A DNA stretch of 64,000 nt from Podospora anserina (lineage: Eukaryota): positions 310,001-374,000 of the forward strand of contig CM030338.1 in NCBI GenBank assembly GCA_017654855.1. Reading direction: 5' to 3'. Positions 11,601-24,222 of the stretch are shown here, piece by piece. The notes under the pieces were generated by a model. It ran no database searches. It saw only the letters and a list, made by a program, of their open reading frames with translations, and was not told the origin of the DNA. The translations under genes were made by a program, and so were the position numbers. Within the stretch, counting starts at the first letter, position 1. Every line of letters begins with the position of its first letter.

Positions 11601-12578
11601 GCTGCATCACTGGTAAAGACTCAGACTAACCTCGAAGCTGAGTCTACTGCCGACTTGGGAACTGACTTTTTGGTGCCATTGGTGCTGCTGCTATACCGGC
11701 CCAGTCGCTTGCCAATCTTGACAAGCTGGGGCTCCACATTCTCAACGTAGATGACTCTCAGATGCGGCCAGACAGTGCTGTCAAGGAAGAGGTTTGTCTT
11801 ATTCCACGCCCAGGAGCATGTAGGCGCTACGGTTCCCAGCGCAAAGTCCGAGGTGGCATGATAAGCCTGCAGTGCGTAGGGCTGAGCAAACTGATATGAG
11901 GGTAACAGAAACTCGTGATATGTCTGGAGAGAGTTGGTTCGCACGATCTCGTAGTATGGCCCAACAGCTGCCGAGAGCTGGTCGAGATGTGGTGCGAGGG
12001 TGTGGTCGTATTGGGTCTTGGCCAGATGCTGGACTTTGGTGATTTGAGGCTGTACAGACTTTTCCCACTGTGCCTTTCCGTAGACACGGGCCTGCTCAAC
12101 CTGCGGCGCACCATGCTGCTTCGCGTAATCCCAGGCTGGTGTGATGACCTTTTCGTCCACAGCGTTGTAGTATGGGCGCGCCAGCTCAACGTACGGTGCC
12201 GCGTATGCGTCGTAATATGGCTCGAGATGTGGGGTGACGGTGTTCTTGAGCTGGAAGTAAGGTCTGCACACGAGCGGGGAGTTTTCATCGCAGGCGTCGA
12301 GGGTAGCTGGGCACCAGAACAGAATCGCGTAGATCGAATACCATGCCACCAACCTGGGACGCAAAAATATGTCAGCTCTTCTCCTCTCTTGTCTGACAGC
12401 TAGTATTTGCTCACCTGGCAGCGAAACTGAACAGCCAGGACGGCCAACCTGGCCCACGACTTCTGGTAGTTCTTTTCTGGACAGTGTTGTGGCCATTCAA
12501 GGCGGGCGACTTGATGGCGCCGTTGATACCATTCGCAGCCCGGTGGGCTTTCATTGTGGTGCCGTTTATGTCGTCCAT
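8647..12578 (-). CDS. She10-like ER protein: N-terminal TM segment, helical/coiled region, Ala/Ser-rich repeats, C-terminal HDEL
   Basis: Start MDDINGTT at 12578; two introns (about 12352-12414 and 11577-11630); LVAWYSIYAILFWCP..CRPYF and WAWTDGITYKDWAKYH segments; ends GHDEL. Confidence 0.75.
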
Positions 12579-14072
12579 GGCGCAAGACGATTCAGCACCA
12601 GGCTGAGGAGACGAGAAGAGAAAAAATATGACAGCGCCAATGCGTCAAGCAATGAAGCCGAAGAGAAAGGGCGTCAGGCGAAGTTGATTTCGCGCCGAAA
12701 GAAGGGAACAAGATGCTACTCGGTGATGGGAGGTCAGAAGTGAGGCACTGTTGGAGAAAAGACAGGTTTGGCCAAGGGAAGCTCGGACGGCTTGGATGGC
12801 TGTTTGGAAATGCAGGGGACTGCCAAGCGGGGGCGTTGTTGGGTTTCTCCTGCAGTGCCCTGGTCTTGTCTTGTTGCCTTGTTGGTTTTGAAAATGGATA
12901 CAGGTAGCAAAGTCAATGTAAAAATTAGCTGCTGCTTGTTGGATGCAACTCTGAATCTTGGGACATCTGGATGCCTGCTCGATTTTGTGTTAATTTTTTC
13001 TTGGGAAAAGCTGCAAAAGCGTGACGACATTTGGTAGCTCGACTTCCTTGACAGGGCTCGGTCCTTAGTGCGACGCGGCCCCCCCTCCATGGACGTCATA
13101 GGCGCGGGTGGTACACCCCAATCCCACTGCAGCCCGAGGAATAAACACAGTGCCCTATCTTTCACCAGTATTGATGTCAATCAGTCATATACAGAGTTTG
13201 TGTCAATGAAATATGGATGGACCTTGAACGAGAAGAGGTGAAACTTTTCCTGAATGTTGGGTCGGCTTGTCAAAATGTTTCAGATCGGCGCCGGGAACGG
13301 CGAGGCAATGGCACCTTACTACGGAGTTCTCTTCAGCCTTGGGCTTCAACCTACCTCGGATGAGATGGCAGTTACATACTGTGTATGGATTATGATCCGA
13401 TTACTTCCATTTCCTACTGCCTTGTCGGTCACAAAGCACAGAAAAGCGAACAGCAGATTTCATCACACGCTTTAGACTAGTGTAGATGAATGAATGATAC
13501 CCATAAAACAGCATATGATTGATTATATCAGCGCAGCCTGGTATTTTGTGAAGTCATTGGGCACGTGCAAACGGCCCACTTTGTAGCAATCACCGGATGT
13601 TGATTGGCCCTGACACGGCGTCTTTGTGATAAGCAAAGCCCCGGTCCTTTGGGCGACGACCCTCCTCCGCGCTGAGCCTAGGCCTGCATCTCCAGCGTGG
13701 ACGTGGAGTTGCACCTCCTGGTGGGATTTTGGAAATCTGTTGAAGATTTGCCATCGCATCCATCCATCGCCCATTTCCCATCTCAAATCACTATCTGACT
13801 GTCCCAACCAACAACCCATCACCCGATCAGCAGAAATCAACCCTTTGCTGTCGACAACAACGACAACGACAACGACCACTGCCACATCTTGCGCTCCCCT
13901 GTCAAACCGCCACCGACCTCATCTGCCTCTCGATCCAAGGCCACGGTCCCGCTGGAAACCTTCTCATAGTTCCCATGCGAGGTTAGAGTAGAGGCCTCGG
14001 AATTCCTGCTACGAATGGCGTGTCCTTAACGTCTCCCGCCACGCACAATCACTCGACAAAACTCCGGTGAAG

Positions 14073-17000
14073 ATGGCGGACCCCCAACTTCTGGGCCCCT
14101 TTCCGCCCCCCGACCCAGATCGATTTCCAAACACTAGGCTGCGAAGCCATCTTCTCAGGCCAGACTCGACGCCGCAAGAACCGCAACCATCACATTCTAC
14201 GAATGATCCAGACACATGTCGAATATGTCGCGGGGAGGGGACGCCTGAAGAACCGCTCTTCTACCCATGCCGGTGCAGTGGCAGTATCAAGCACGTCCAT
14301 CAGGATTGCTTGATGGAGTGGCTCTCCCATTCACAAAAGAAACATTGCGAGCTTTGCAAGACGCCCTTCCGCTTCACCAAGCTCTACGATCCAAATATGC
14401 CCAGATCGTTGCCATGGCACGTCTTTGCCAGCCACATGGCCAAATATTTCTTCGCCAACATGCTGCTGTGGATGAGAGCGTCGCTGGTTATGCTGGTTTG
14501 GTTTGGAGCCTTGCCGTACGTTATGAGGAATGTATGGAGCATGTTGTTCTGGTTCAGCGATGATGGTATGGCTGCTTTCCTCTTCCACAAAAGACGAGAT
14601 CAAGCCCATCAGCTGGCCTCGGCCGCTGGGACGACACCTAACCCGGCCATGAACCTGTTCAGAAACAACACCACGCTAGCTACTAACCTCATATTCCCTG
14701 GCACAGCATGCATCGCCAAAAGCACCTCTGGTGCCGCTCAGGCCTCCAACGAGCACTCGGCCACTTCTACCATTTTACGTCTATTGTTTGGAGCACCCGA
14801 TACATCTGGCGCTGTTTCCACCGAGGCGGTTGCTATCCCAACTAGGAACAACTCCCTTTTGAGCGGCGTCCAATTTCTTCGCAACTTGACGCGGCATCCT
14901 TGGCTAAACGACAAGGTCATAGAGGTCCTAGAGGGCCTGATTATAACAATTCTGGTTATTGCTTGCTTCATTCTCATCATCTTGGTCAGAGACTATGTCG
15001 TTCAACAACAGCCCGAGATCAATATGCGTGCTGCGTTTGCAGCTGCTGAAAATGCGCCGCATCCCGCACCACCACAGGAGCCCCTGGCACGACCAGAACC
15101 CCCACCTGTCGAGGAGGAACATCATGACAACCCTGCTCAGTGGGAGGATCTACAGGGTCAGTGGGATCCCGCCATTGTCGAACCACCTCCGCACTTGGCG
15201 CTGGAGGCCAGGCGCCAGATTGCGTTGGCTCGCTTGCAAGCTCATGAAAGACGGCTTCAAAGACAGTGGGCAGAACCCGAAGCTCGATATCAAGCAAGGT
15301 ATGCGGGTGACGACCATGCTCCTGCACACGAGGCTGCTGAGAATAATCCAAATAGCTTGGCTACTGGCTCACGAAATAGTTCGCCCTTTTTGCCATCGCC
15401 CTCCTTCCTTCCAAGAGCGGAACTGGACGCCATCGTCAATGGTGGTGAAGCTGCTGACGTGAAAAGCCGGCACCTCCATGACTTCCTTGCCATCTATCAG
15501 CGTGCCAAGGGAGATCCCCATCGCATTCTCGAAATTGCCAGAGAACAAGGGGCTGAGGAGCGACTGGATTACTGGCTGGCCCTTACGAGGTCGCTGCTGG
15601 ATCGTCAAAACCGTACTGTGGCCGGTGCCGATGACCACTCGGACGCCAGCAGCGCTGCTGAGAATACTCCAGCATCGAGCACGGATGCTCGCTTCAAGAA
15701 TATGGATTCTCCACCGTTTGGAGGCCTTCGTCCAGCCACCCAGGCTATGGAGTGGACGACCTTTTCGGCTGGCGAAGACAATTTTGGACCCCGACATGAT
15801 AAAAAAGGCAAGGGCGTACTAAGAGAGGATTCCGACGGTGAAAGCGCCCACACCGAAGACAGTGAAAGACCTTTAGCAAGCCCGCTTCGACCAAGGGCCA
15901 ACACAGATGGTCCCAAAATTAGCGATACAATCCACCCCTTGGCCAACAATAGCTGGTCGTTCCAGACCTTGACAGAACAAGAGCCTGATGGGATGTTGAG
16001 TGACCAACACGGGACTGAGTCGACATCTTCGGGGCACTCGACTTTCGGATCACCCAAACAACCGGCGTCTCGACAAGATGCTGCGTCTGCCTTCTTCAAG
16101 AGGCCCAGATTCACCGAGGCTGCATTCGAACTTGACCAGACCACCCAGTCTGTGCCGCATCTGAGCAGCAGGGCTGAGGAAGAACTGCCAGCTGATCATT
16201 TGACTTCAGGACAGGAATCAAGCGCCGATTTTTGGGACATGACCTCGGGTGCTGAAGCGGCCCAGTCAGAGACAACCCCTCCGCCAGCCTTACCAGAGAA
16301 TGGGGAGGATGCCGATGCGCAGGCCGAGCCCCAAACCCCGAATCCGCCAGCCCCGCGCCCCCAGCCCGTAGGCATTGTCGACAGACTTGCTGATTTTATG
16401 TGGCGGGATGTGGATGGAATAGACCCGGCCGAGCTTGCTGCAGCTGACGCTCTGCAATTCGACGTGGGGGAAGGTGATCTCGCCAACGATGAGGTAGAAG
16501 AGGACGACCCCGAAGTGCCACAGCGAGATAGAGAGGTGGTTGAAGCCGCTGTGGCAGCTGGGCTGGATCCAGACGCGATCGAAGATGCTGAGGACTTGGA
16601 AGGGATCCTGGAGCTCCTCGGTATGCGAGGTCCCGTCGCTGGCTTATTTCAGAATGCCATATTCTGCTCTTTTCTCGTCTCTATTACCGTCTTCCTCGGT
16701 ATCGTAGTCCCCTACAATATCGGGCGTATGACAGTTTGGATGGTCGCGAATCCTATTCGACCGGCGCGGATGCTCTTCGGCTTATGCATGCTCGTTCAGG
16801 ACATCGCCATTGTATTGTTCGGATTAGCAGTTTTGTTCGGCGCGAAGGCTCTTCTCGTGCTCACGAAAGTCGCCCCCAGTTTGCTTGGCTCTGTGGTCGA
16901 CCTTCTCACAACCACGTCGGCCATGTCCTATGGCACCATGATGAGTGCTTCCAACAGAGTGGGGAGCAGTTTCTTTGCCGAAATCGTCCACATTTCTGGC

Positions 17001-19469
17001 ACTGAGATACAAAACTTCTCTGCCATCAGTCATGAGGCATTGCTTCAACTGAAGGGCCACATTAGTCTGGGGTTCGCTGCACTTGTCACAGCGGTGGACT
17101 ACCTCTTCTCCGGTGATTACGCCGAAAAGAGCTCCGACATCGTGTCATTCATGGAAGGGCTCGCTACGATAACGATGGGATGCTTGAAGCAACTCCCCGG
17201 CATCCTCACCAACCCCAACTCTTGGGTACTTAACCTCAGCGTGCCAGATTCCACGTCAACGGCCTTTGATGCAGAACTTGCTCAGTGGAGCGGCACCGAC
17301 AGACTCTGGGCTATCGTGGCTGGTTATGTTGCCATCTCCATCATTGCTGGTCTCTACTTGCGACGAGGAAGCCCCTTTTTTACGGGTCCAACAGGTCAGG
17401 ATTGGGAAGCATCCATTATTGATGGCCTCAACCAAGCTAGTGGCGTCATGAAGGTGATCCTGATCATTGGTATCGAGATGCTCGTCTTCCCGCTCTATTG
17501 TGGGCTGCTGCTCGACCTCGCCTTGCTGCCCCTTTTCGCGGGCGCCACGATTAGGTCAAGGGTCCTCTTCACCATGAACTACCCAGTCACGTCCATCTTC
17601 GTTCACTGGTTTGTCGGAACAGGGTACATGTTTCACTTTGCCCTTTTCGTCTCCATGTGTAGAAAGATCATGCGCAAGGGGGTTCTCTACTTTATCCGCG
17701 ACCCCGACGACCCGGAGTTCCATCCGATCCGCGATGTTCTGGAGCGCAGTGTCGCGACTCAGCTGCGCAAAATCCTGTTTTCTGCCTTGGTTTATGGCGC
17801 ACTCGTCATGGTTTGCCTAGGCGGCGTCGTCTGGGGGCTTGCCCTTTCTGCTTCGAGCGTTCTACCGATCCACTACTCGTCCAATGAGCCTATGCTGGAG
17901 TTTCCCGTCGATCTGCTCTTTTACAACTTCCTCATGCCACTAGCAGTTCGTCACTTCAAGCCCAGTGATGGTCTACATGCCATGTACACGTGGTGGTTTC
18001 GGAAATGTGCCCGAGGCTTGAGGGTGACTTGGTTCTTATTTGGGGAGCGTCGCATCGATGAGGAAGGCAAACTTGTACTGAAGAGCGACTCACCCGATGC
18101 GGCCCTGCCGTGGTGGCGGACATTGTTCCTTGAGGTGAATAACGACCAGGTGCGGGCAAAGCAGTGGACCAACCCTTTCGAGCCCAGCCCGGAGAAACCG
18201 ACCGTCATGCGAACGGAAGACGCTCTCTTGTGGAACACAAACAAGAAGGCCCTCGTCGAGTCAGGCCAACTCATCCCTGACGGACGCTATGTTCGGGCGC
18301 CATGCTCTGATCAGGTCAAAATTCCCAAGGGCAAGAGGGTGTTTCTCGACGTATCCGAAGATAACAAGCGACAGGACGAGGCTGCACCAACTGACCTGTA
18401 CAACTCTGAAGAGTTTCAATTCGTCTATGTGCCGCCCCATTTTAGGCTCCGGGTCTTCCTCTTCATCACTTTCATCTGGGCCTTCGCCGCCATCACGGGT
18501 ATTGGTTTCACCATCGTACCGCTCGTCTTTGGCCGTTGGATGTTTAGATCTCTTCTTCCCAGTCACATTCATACCAACGACATCTATGCTTTCAGCATCG
18601 GCATCTACATTTTGGGCTCTGCTGCTTATGCCGCATTTCATGCGCTGTCCATCTACCGTGCCGCACACGATTGGGTCGACAGCTTTACAAGGACCGTCGT
18701 CAATGGGGAGGCTGTCCGGCCAATGGTTGATGCAGGCATCCGGGTTGCCAAGATTATTTACGCCCACGTCTTTTACCATATCGTCTTTCCCCTCATGCTT
18801 GCCTCATTGGTGGAGTTGTATCTTTTGACGCCGGTGAATGAGATCCTATATGGTGCCCTACCTAAGAAGCGAGCTGATGCTTCTGAGCTTGCGCCCATCA
18901 TGACGCCAGGTGCTGAACTCAATCCGAAGCATACTGTTCGTTTGGTCCAGGCCTGGACCATTGGCCTGCTCTATCTCAACCTCATCAACCGGATCATCAA
19001 CCGCTGGTTTTCGGGTACCCGCCTTGCTGCAGCCGTGATGGCTATCTTCCGGCGTGGCTGGCTGCATCCAGATGTCTCCATCCTGACTCGGGCTTTCATC
19101 GTTCCTGGACTCATCCTCTGGAGCAGTGCCGTCATCGCGCCGCTCCTCCTTGCCAGACTTGGCGTGGCCAACGGGCTACATGAGGCCATGCTTCACTCAT
19201 CGTATGGCACACCTCTTGTCGGCCATGCCGAGTTAAGCCATGCATACAAGGTCCTCATCTACCGTCTGAGTTACCCCGTCATGGCTGTGTTGGCTGTCTG
19301 TGCAGTTGTGCTCTGGAGTATGTTTGGTGTGTTCAAGAGGTGGAACATGCGTATAAGAGACGAGGCATATCTAATCGGGGAAAGGTTGCATAACTTTGGG
19401 GCGTCGGTGGGAAATAGCACCCCAAAGGGGAAGGCCACAGCTTGGAGAGGCGCTCCGGGAAGGATATAG
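14073..19469 (+). CDS. DOA10: ERAD RING-CH E3 ubiquitin ligase Doa10/Ssm4 (MARCH6 family)
   Basis: CRICRGEGTPEEPLFYPCRCSGSIKHVHQDCLMEWLSHSQKKHCELC RING-CH; TD-domain IGIEMLVFPLYCG; many TM segments; C-terminal RDEAYLIGERLHN. Confidence 0.95.
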   Translation: MADPQLLGPFPPPDPDRFPNTRLRSHLLRPDSTPQEPQPSHSTNDPDTCRICRGEGTPEEPLFYPCRCSGSIKHVHQDCLMEWLSHSQKKHCELCKTPFRFTKLYDPNMPRSLPWHVFASHMAKYFFANMLLWMRASLVMLVWFGALPYVMRNVWSMLFWFSDDGMAAFLFHKRRDQAHQLASAAGTTPNPAMNLFRNNTTLATNLIFPGTACIAKSTSGAAQASNEHSATSTILRLLFGAPDTSGAVSTEAVAIPTRNNSLLSGVQFLRNLTRHPWLNDKVIEVLEGLIITILVIACFILIILVRDYVVQQQPEINMRAAFAAAENAPHPAPPQEPLARPEPPPVEEEHHDNPAQWEDLQGQWDPAIVEPPPHLALEARRQIALARLQAHERRLQRQWAEPEARYQARYAGDDHAPAHEAAENNPNSLATGSRNSSPFLPSPSFLPRAELDAIVNGGEAADVKSRHLHDFLAIYQRAKGDPHRILEIAREQGAEERLDYWLALTRSLLDRQNRTVAGADDHSDASSAAENTPASSTDARFKNMDSPPFGGLRPATQAMEWTTFSAGEDNFGPRHDKKGKGVLREDSDGESAHTEDSERPLASPLRPRANTDGPKISDTIHPLANNSWSFQTLTEQEPDGMLSDQHGTESTSSGHSTFGSPKQPASRQDAASAFFKRPRFTEAAFELDQTTQSVPHLSSRAEEELPADHLTSGQESSADFWDMTSGAEAAQSETTPPPALPENGEDADAQAEPQTPNPPAPRPQPVGIVDRLADFMWRDVDGIDPAELAAADALQFDVGEGDLANDEVEEDDPEVPQRDREVVEAAVAAGLDPDAIEDAEDLEGILELLGMRGPVAGLFQNAIFCSFLVSITVFLGIVVPYNIGRMTVWMVANPIRPARMLFGLCMLVQDIAIVLFGLAVLFGAKALLVLTKVAPSLLGSVVDLLTTTSAMSYGTMMSASNRVGSSFFAEIVHISGTEIQNFSAISHEALLQLKGHISLGFAALVTAVDYLFSGDYAEKSSDIVSFMEGLATITMGCLKQLPGILTNPNSWVLNLSVPDSTSTAFDAELAQWSGTDRLWAIVAGYVAISIIAGLYLRRGSPFFTGPTGQDWEASIIDGLNQASGVMKVILIIGIEMLVFPLYCGLLLDLALLPLFAGATIRSRVLFTMNYPVTSIFVHWFVGTGYMFHFALFVSMCRKIMRKGVLYFIRDPDDPEFHPIRDVLERSVATQLRKILFSALVYGALVMVCLGGVVWGLALSASSVLPIHYSSNEPMLEFPVDLLFYNFLMPLAVRHFKPSDGLHAMYTWWFRKCARGLRVTWFLFGERRIDEEGKLVLKSDSPDAALPWWRTLFLEVNNDQVRAKQWTNPFEPSPEKPTVMRTEDALLWNTNKKALVESGQLIPDGRYVRAPCSDQVKIPKGKRVFLDVSEDNKRQDEAAPTDLYNSEEFQFVYVPPHFRLRVFLFITFIWAFAAITGIGFTIVPLVFGRWMFRSLLPSHIHTNDIYAFSIGIYILGSAAYAAFHALSIYRAAHDWVDSFTRTVVNGEAVRPMVDAGIRVAKIIYAHVFYHIVFPLMLASLVELYLLTPVNEILYGALPKKRADASELAPIMTPGAELNPKHTVRLVQAWTIGLLYLNLINRIINRWFSGTRLAAAVMAIFRRGWLHPDVSILTRAFIVPGLILWSSAVIAPLLLARLGVANGLHEAMLHSSYGTPLVGHAELSHAYKVLIYRLSYPVMAVLAVCAVVLWSMFGVFKRWNMRIRDEAYLIGERLHNFGASVGNSTPKGKATAWRGAPGRI

Positions 19470-19875
19470 AAGGGTGCAATATCTTTTGCATTACAAACGT
19501 GTTCATCGTCACGAGCGCGACGTCTTTTGTTCTGGGAAGGTAGTTATAGACGGTCAGCATGGGTTGGTTGGTTGGCTTGGCGTTTGGCTGAACAGGTGAT
19601 GATTTAAGGAGCAGAATTATAGCAGAAGCGATAGGCGGAAATTCTTCAGGTACTGGGAGCTACGAGTGTACATCTTCATGTTTTGTATGTAGCAGTTACA
19701 AAAGTACATACCCTATCCATGAGCTACTGATGAATTGACGCTGTGACAGGCCCTGGTCTCCGAAAATAGCGGTAAAGTGGGTCCTGGAAAGGGGTTATGA
19801 TGGACAAGCTTGAGGGCTTGGCAGTCAGCCATGTGTAACTTTTTTTATTTATCTATGTGCACGCCGACATGCCGA

Positions 19876-21555
19876 TCAGTGGTCTTCCACGTCTTCATCT
19901 CGGCCTGGATATACGATGTCTCTCACCACCACTGCCCTGACACAGTGGAACAGAACAAATCCATAGACCAACACCAAAACAATCGAGATGGCCGTCGAAA
20001 ACCACAGGACGAACTCGTTCTGAAACACCTTCCCCAGAGAGATGGTGGCCAGGATAAAGCCCGTGTTTGGAAACACCGACGCCCACCACCCCAGGTGGAA
20101 GTACCTCGGTGGGCTCTGCACCACGGCCAGCACGGCAATGGCAAACCACCAGAAGCTCAGCGCCCAGAGGAACCCGGCCCCGACGATGGCCATCATGAGC
20201 ATGATGCTCGCGTCGAGCAGCCCGTCCATGTTGGCGTCGAAGCTCCCCGGGAGGGACTGAGCAAGCCCGATAAATGCCAGCGCGGTGAAACTCGGCGGGC
20301 CGACGCACATGAACAACCCCGGCCTGTGCTCCCTGTCTGGAAGGCCCGACTGCATCAGCCGGCCGACCATGTGGGCGTACATCATTGCCGCGACGCTGAT
20401 GCCCAACCCCTGACAGCTGAGGCCGCTGACGATGATGGGGAGGGCCATGGCGGGCGGTTGGGTGGAGGCGATGACGGAGGCGATGGTGCCCGAGAGCATG
20501 ACGGGGAAGATGGGGAGGATCCAAGTCGGCATCATGGTTTGAAGGCTGAAGGAGTGCCGGCGGCCAAAGACGAAGGAGTATTGTGCTACTGCTAGGCAGG
20601 TTGACAGGGCGACGTAGATCCAAAAGGCGATTTGGATGGCCCAGCGGAGCCCCTGGCGTTCACCGTCCCATGATTGGATGTGGGAGGGGATGCAGTATTT
20701 TTGTGTCGAGGTGATCAAGGTTGCGATGGAGAGCAGGAAAGTGGGGACGAAGAAGCCTTCGCGGGGGTGGGTGATGGAGGCGACGAAACTGCCGGTGTTG
20801 AGGAGGAAGCGAGCCAAAAGGAGGGAGGTGATGAGGGTGAAGAGGATGATGTTGAGGATGTAGACTGCTAGGCCGAGGACCGGGGTAAGGGAGGGGAACT
20901 GGTGGGGTTGGGCGTGGATGAGGAGGGAGAGGCCACCAGTGGACATAGAGAGGGTGTACCATGCCCAGGTAAAGTGTTTGAGGCGGGAACGTAGAGAGAG
21001 AGGTGGTCGGGGATGGGTGTGGTCGTGAGGATGGCCCGGAGAGGGGGTAGGAGATGGTGAGGGGCGGCTGTCGAGCGCGTCATTTTTGGCGGCTGCGATA
21101 GCGGCGGTAGCTTCGATGTCCTCTGGGGATGGCTTGAGCTCCTGATCAGTAGGGAGGCGACTCAGTCGGCGTCGTTCGGGAACGACATATGGCAAACTCG
21201 TGCCCGAGATGGAGCCCCGTAGAGTGGGCGCCCGGGAATCGAGCTGGAGATCGTGGACCAGATCGTCTTTTTCTGGGTTCCGTAACTGATCAAGGGATGG
21301 GCTTGCATCGTCAGAGCTGATCGATAGCCGACTGAGACGACGTTGCTCTCCTCTCTGTTCGCGGCCTTCGTAGAGGTATGGATTTTGTTGAGAGACGCTG
21401 GAGGGTCGACGGCGCATGGACCGCCGGGGAATTGGGGGGGCGGGACGATGGGATGCAGGTGCTCTAGCGCCTGCAGCTTGTGGCTGGAACTTTTCGTATT
21501 CTGCGTCCTGCCGGTTGGTTTCAATATCAGAACTGTCCAGCAGTGGTGCTGACAT
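19876..21555 (-). CDS. C4-dicarboxylate/malic acid transporter (Mae1, TDT/SLAC1 family)
   Basis: HFTWAWYTLSMSTGGL, WILPIFPVMLSGT, RPGLFMCVGPPSFT and WWASVFPNTG motifs; about 10 TM segments. Confidence 0.92.
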   Translation of the reverse strand: MSAPLLDSSDIETNRQDAEYEKFQPQAAGARAPASHRPAPPIPRRSMRRRPSSVSQQNPYLYEGREQRGEQRRLSRLSISSDDASPSLDQLRNPEKDDLVHDLQLDSRAPTLRGSISGTSLPYVVPERRRLSRLPTDQELKPSPEDIEATAAIAAAKNDALDSRPSPSPTPSPGHPHDHTHPRPPLSLRSRLKHFTWAWYTLSMSTGGLSLLIHAQPHQFPSLTPVLGLAVYILNIILFTLITSLLLARFLLNTGSFVASITHPREGFFVPTFLLSIATLITSTQKYCIPSHIQSWDGERQGLRWAIQIAFWIYVALSTCLAVAQYSFVFGRRHSFSLQTMMPTWILPIFPVMLSGTIASVIASTQPPAMALPIIVSGLSCQGLGISVAAMMYAHMVGRLMQSGLPDREHRPGLFMCVGPPSFTALAFIGLAQSLPGSFDANMDGLLDASIMLMMAIVGAGFLWALSFWWFAIAVLAVVQSPPRYFHLGWWASVFPNTGFILATISLGKVFQNEFVLWFSTAISIVLVLVYGFVLFHCVRAVVVRDIVYPGRDEDVEDH

Positions 21556-24222
21556 GATATTATGCGATTAATCAAGAGAAGACCTGCTTCGGCCAAGAAC
21601 GTGGTGCAGGGGCGAAATGCAAGCCTGAGAGAATGGATGATGTTGCTGACCGAGACCGAGGAACTTGAGGGGATAATAATAAGTGAAAACTGAGCGACGG
21701 AAAGACAACAAAACAAAAAACGACTGCTCCAGAGCCTGTCGAAGAAAAATGAGCGTGATGATTAGGACGGGGCTTAACTGTCTGCAAGCGCTCGAGCTTT
21801 TGTACATGTTGATCGTATTCGCATCGAGACTTTTCACCGAATGACCACCCAGGCGACATTGGAGTGGAAGTGGCAAGATATTTCAAACATTTGATGTTTG
21901 GGTCACGGTAGGTAAGCAAGTTTCGACAGCTCAAATGTCGAGTCAGTCACGACAACTGCTCTGGTCAGAGCTTGCTCGAGCTTTTGGCTCTCATTTCGTC
22001 ATCATGTCCAGCCAACACGAGATACGCGCCATGGTCTCCTACATGTAAGAAATAAAATCTAATTTTGCCTTGACGCTTTTATTGAGAATAAACAGGAAGT
22101 TTGCAGGCGGGTGTTGCCTTCATCGTCAACCTCCTCTTGGCGTCGGATCATCCGAACAAGAGTGGTGCTTGGACATGCCTGACTCAGAGGTCTGAGGACC
22201 TTCAGCCTTTTGGTAACAGCTTCAAGTCTTGAGAAACTTCTTTCTCAGCTGTGTGGAAATTTGCACACATTATGTGGCATGAGATTCTACTTGGATGCAG
22301 AACTTGAAAGTCATCAATATCAGGTTCTCATGGCTGGTGACTGCCCTCGTGTAAGGACCATTGACACTGTAACTCACAACGACCGCCATTTTGAATAAAA
22401 CGAACACATCGAACGTTACCTTACCCACATATTAGAAGTTTCTGCTTACTAGTCTGGCAATATTTGGCTGCCATAACGCAGATATTGAAAGATAAGGGTA
22501 AGGTAACTAGACCAAATGTCACGTCATTCAATGTTCACGTCGTATCGATGCTGGGGGTCCAGTGAAATAAATGCACGTAAGATTTTAACCTCATTTTCGA
22601 AATGCTTAAATCTGTGATGACCGCGGCTAGTGCGCGTTGGCCCCGTAAATCAATCTCGCTGCCTGACGAGACATGCGCTCGATAACCCGTGGACGTGGTA
22701 CCCTCAGCAGAGAAGAAGACGCCACCATACCCACAAGAACAATAGACATTTCTTGGGCATCATACGCAGTGCATATTGACCCGACTCCGTCCCTGGGATG
22801 ATGGCCAATGATACCCCTTTTGCCAATATTTAGCACCTTAGTTAGTGGCCATGGTCTGGCATGATGGTGCGATCAGTGTCATGAAATCGCCGGCGGACGA
22901 AGTGGACCAACCCAAACCGAGACATGCTGAAGCCTCGATAATCAAGATGCCTATGATTGTTTGAGAAATTCGGGTGCCTAAAGCCAAATATGTCTGTGGA
23001 GCGCGACTCGAGGCAGGGTCAAGTAACGTCGTATGCATGAAGAGACTGAGGGACAGCAGCCTCGACGCACACCGTGTCACCAACCTGGCACAGAGCATGC
23101 AGAAACACAGTCCCACAGAAGCAGAGGCTTCAATGATATGTCTAGAGGGAGAGTGTTGCTTTCTTCTTCTGCACGGGCACCGGACGGATCTTATATCCAG
23201 TGCCGCATCAGGCAACATCGAAACTGAAACGGGCAAAGTTCGAACTGAGAAAAGCACAGTATCCGCCCTGATTCCAACGTCAAAAGTGGAAGGTTTACTG
23301 CTTCAGCTCTGGTAAGGTGATAGTCAATCTAACCTCTCCGCTCTGTCTCCATAGTAAGCACTGTGATGACCGGCGGAAAGGGGGCGGTTGGAGTTCTGGG
23401 AACCCTAACCCTATGTAGGCCTCTCGCTCGGACTGAAGTGCCACAACAGGTAGGAGTGCGTGGCAGCAGGGACCTCACGTGAAGGCCCCCACTTTACAAC
23501 GGGAAGTACCTGCCAACACCCCCAAAGTTGGGGCTTCGAGATTGGCTGCAGGGATCCCCGCCAGAGAAGCCCAGGCAGCAGCTTTTTGCACCCTCCATTG
23601 CCTGCTTCGGGATGCGATGGGCCAATGCGGCATCGCAGCGATCCCGCCCATCACAGGCACCGAAATAACAACCACCAAATCCCGAAAGTGTGATGCTGCC
23701 ACGATAGAGGATGCTGCACTGGTGAAGGCCGTCTCTCTTCCCATTTTCGCCTCCCTTCTCAACCTCAACTTTCAAGGGGGGCAAACGGCTGCAGCCTGCC
23801 TTCTTTTTCTTTTCTTTCTTCCTTTCTTGCTTCTCCTCTCTAAGCTCACTTCGTTTCTCTCTTTACTATCTCCCGCAGCGTCTTCAACCTTCCCACAGGT
23901 ACCCCTCATAAACCCGTTGGTGGATTGCCCGATTGACCTCCAGGTCTTCACCAACAACAAACTTGGCGTGCATTGTGTATTTCCCGCAGGCAAGTTCCAA
24001 TCAGTCTCACCAACAGCCAACGCCAGCCCACCATCGACCATAAACTGTCCCCAGAACCCCGCACTACCTTGCCGTGACGAGTCCCTCTCTTCTGTCGATA
24101 ATAGAGGCCATGTATTGAGACCGAATGCCAAGTAGTAGCTTGGATTGGAGTCGACTAGGGTGTGAAAGACACCAGTGAACCAGCAACACCGAACCGAGCA
24201 TCATCAACACAGGTCTCCCGCC

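Noticed and set aside
22600-23320. Short ORFs in the Mae1-HeLo intergenic region
   Set aside because: No recognisable domain or consistent gene model
23401-23413. Telomere-like CCCTAA repeats (also about 37072 and 60656)
   Set aside because: Only about two units each; expected by chance
23479-24135. 218-aa GTG-initiated ORF upstream of the HeLo gene
   Set aside because: Crosses a pyrimidine-rich promoter/UTR tract; no protein-like motifs
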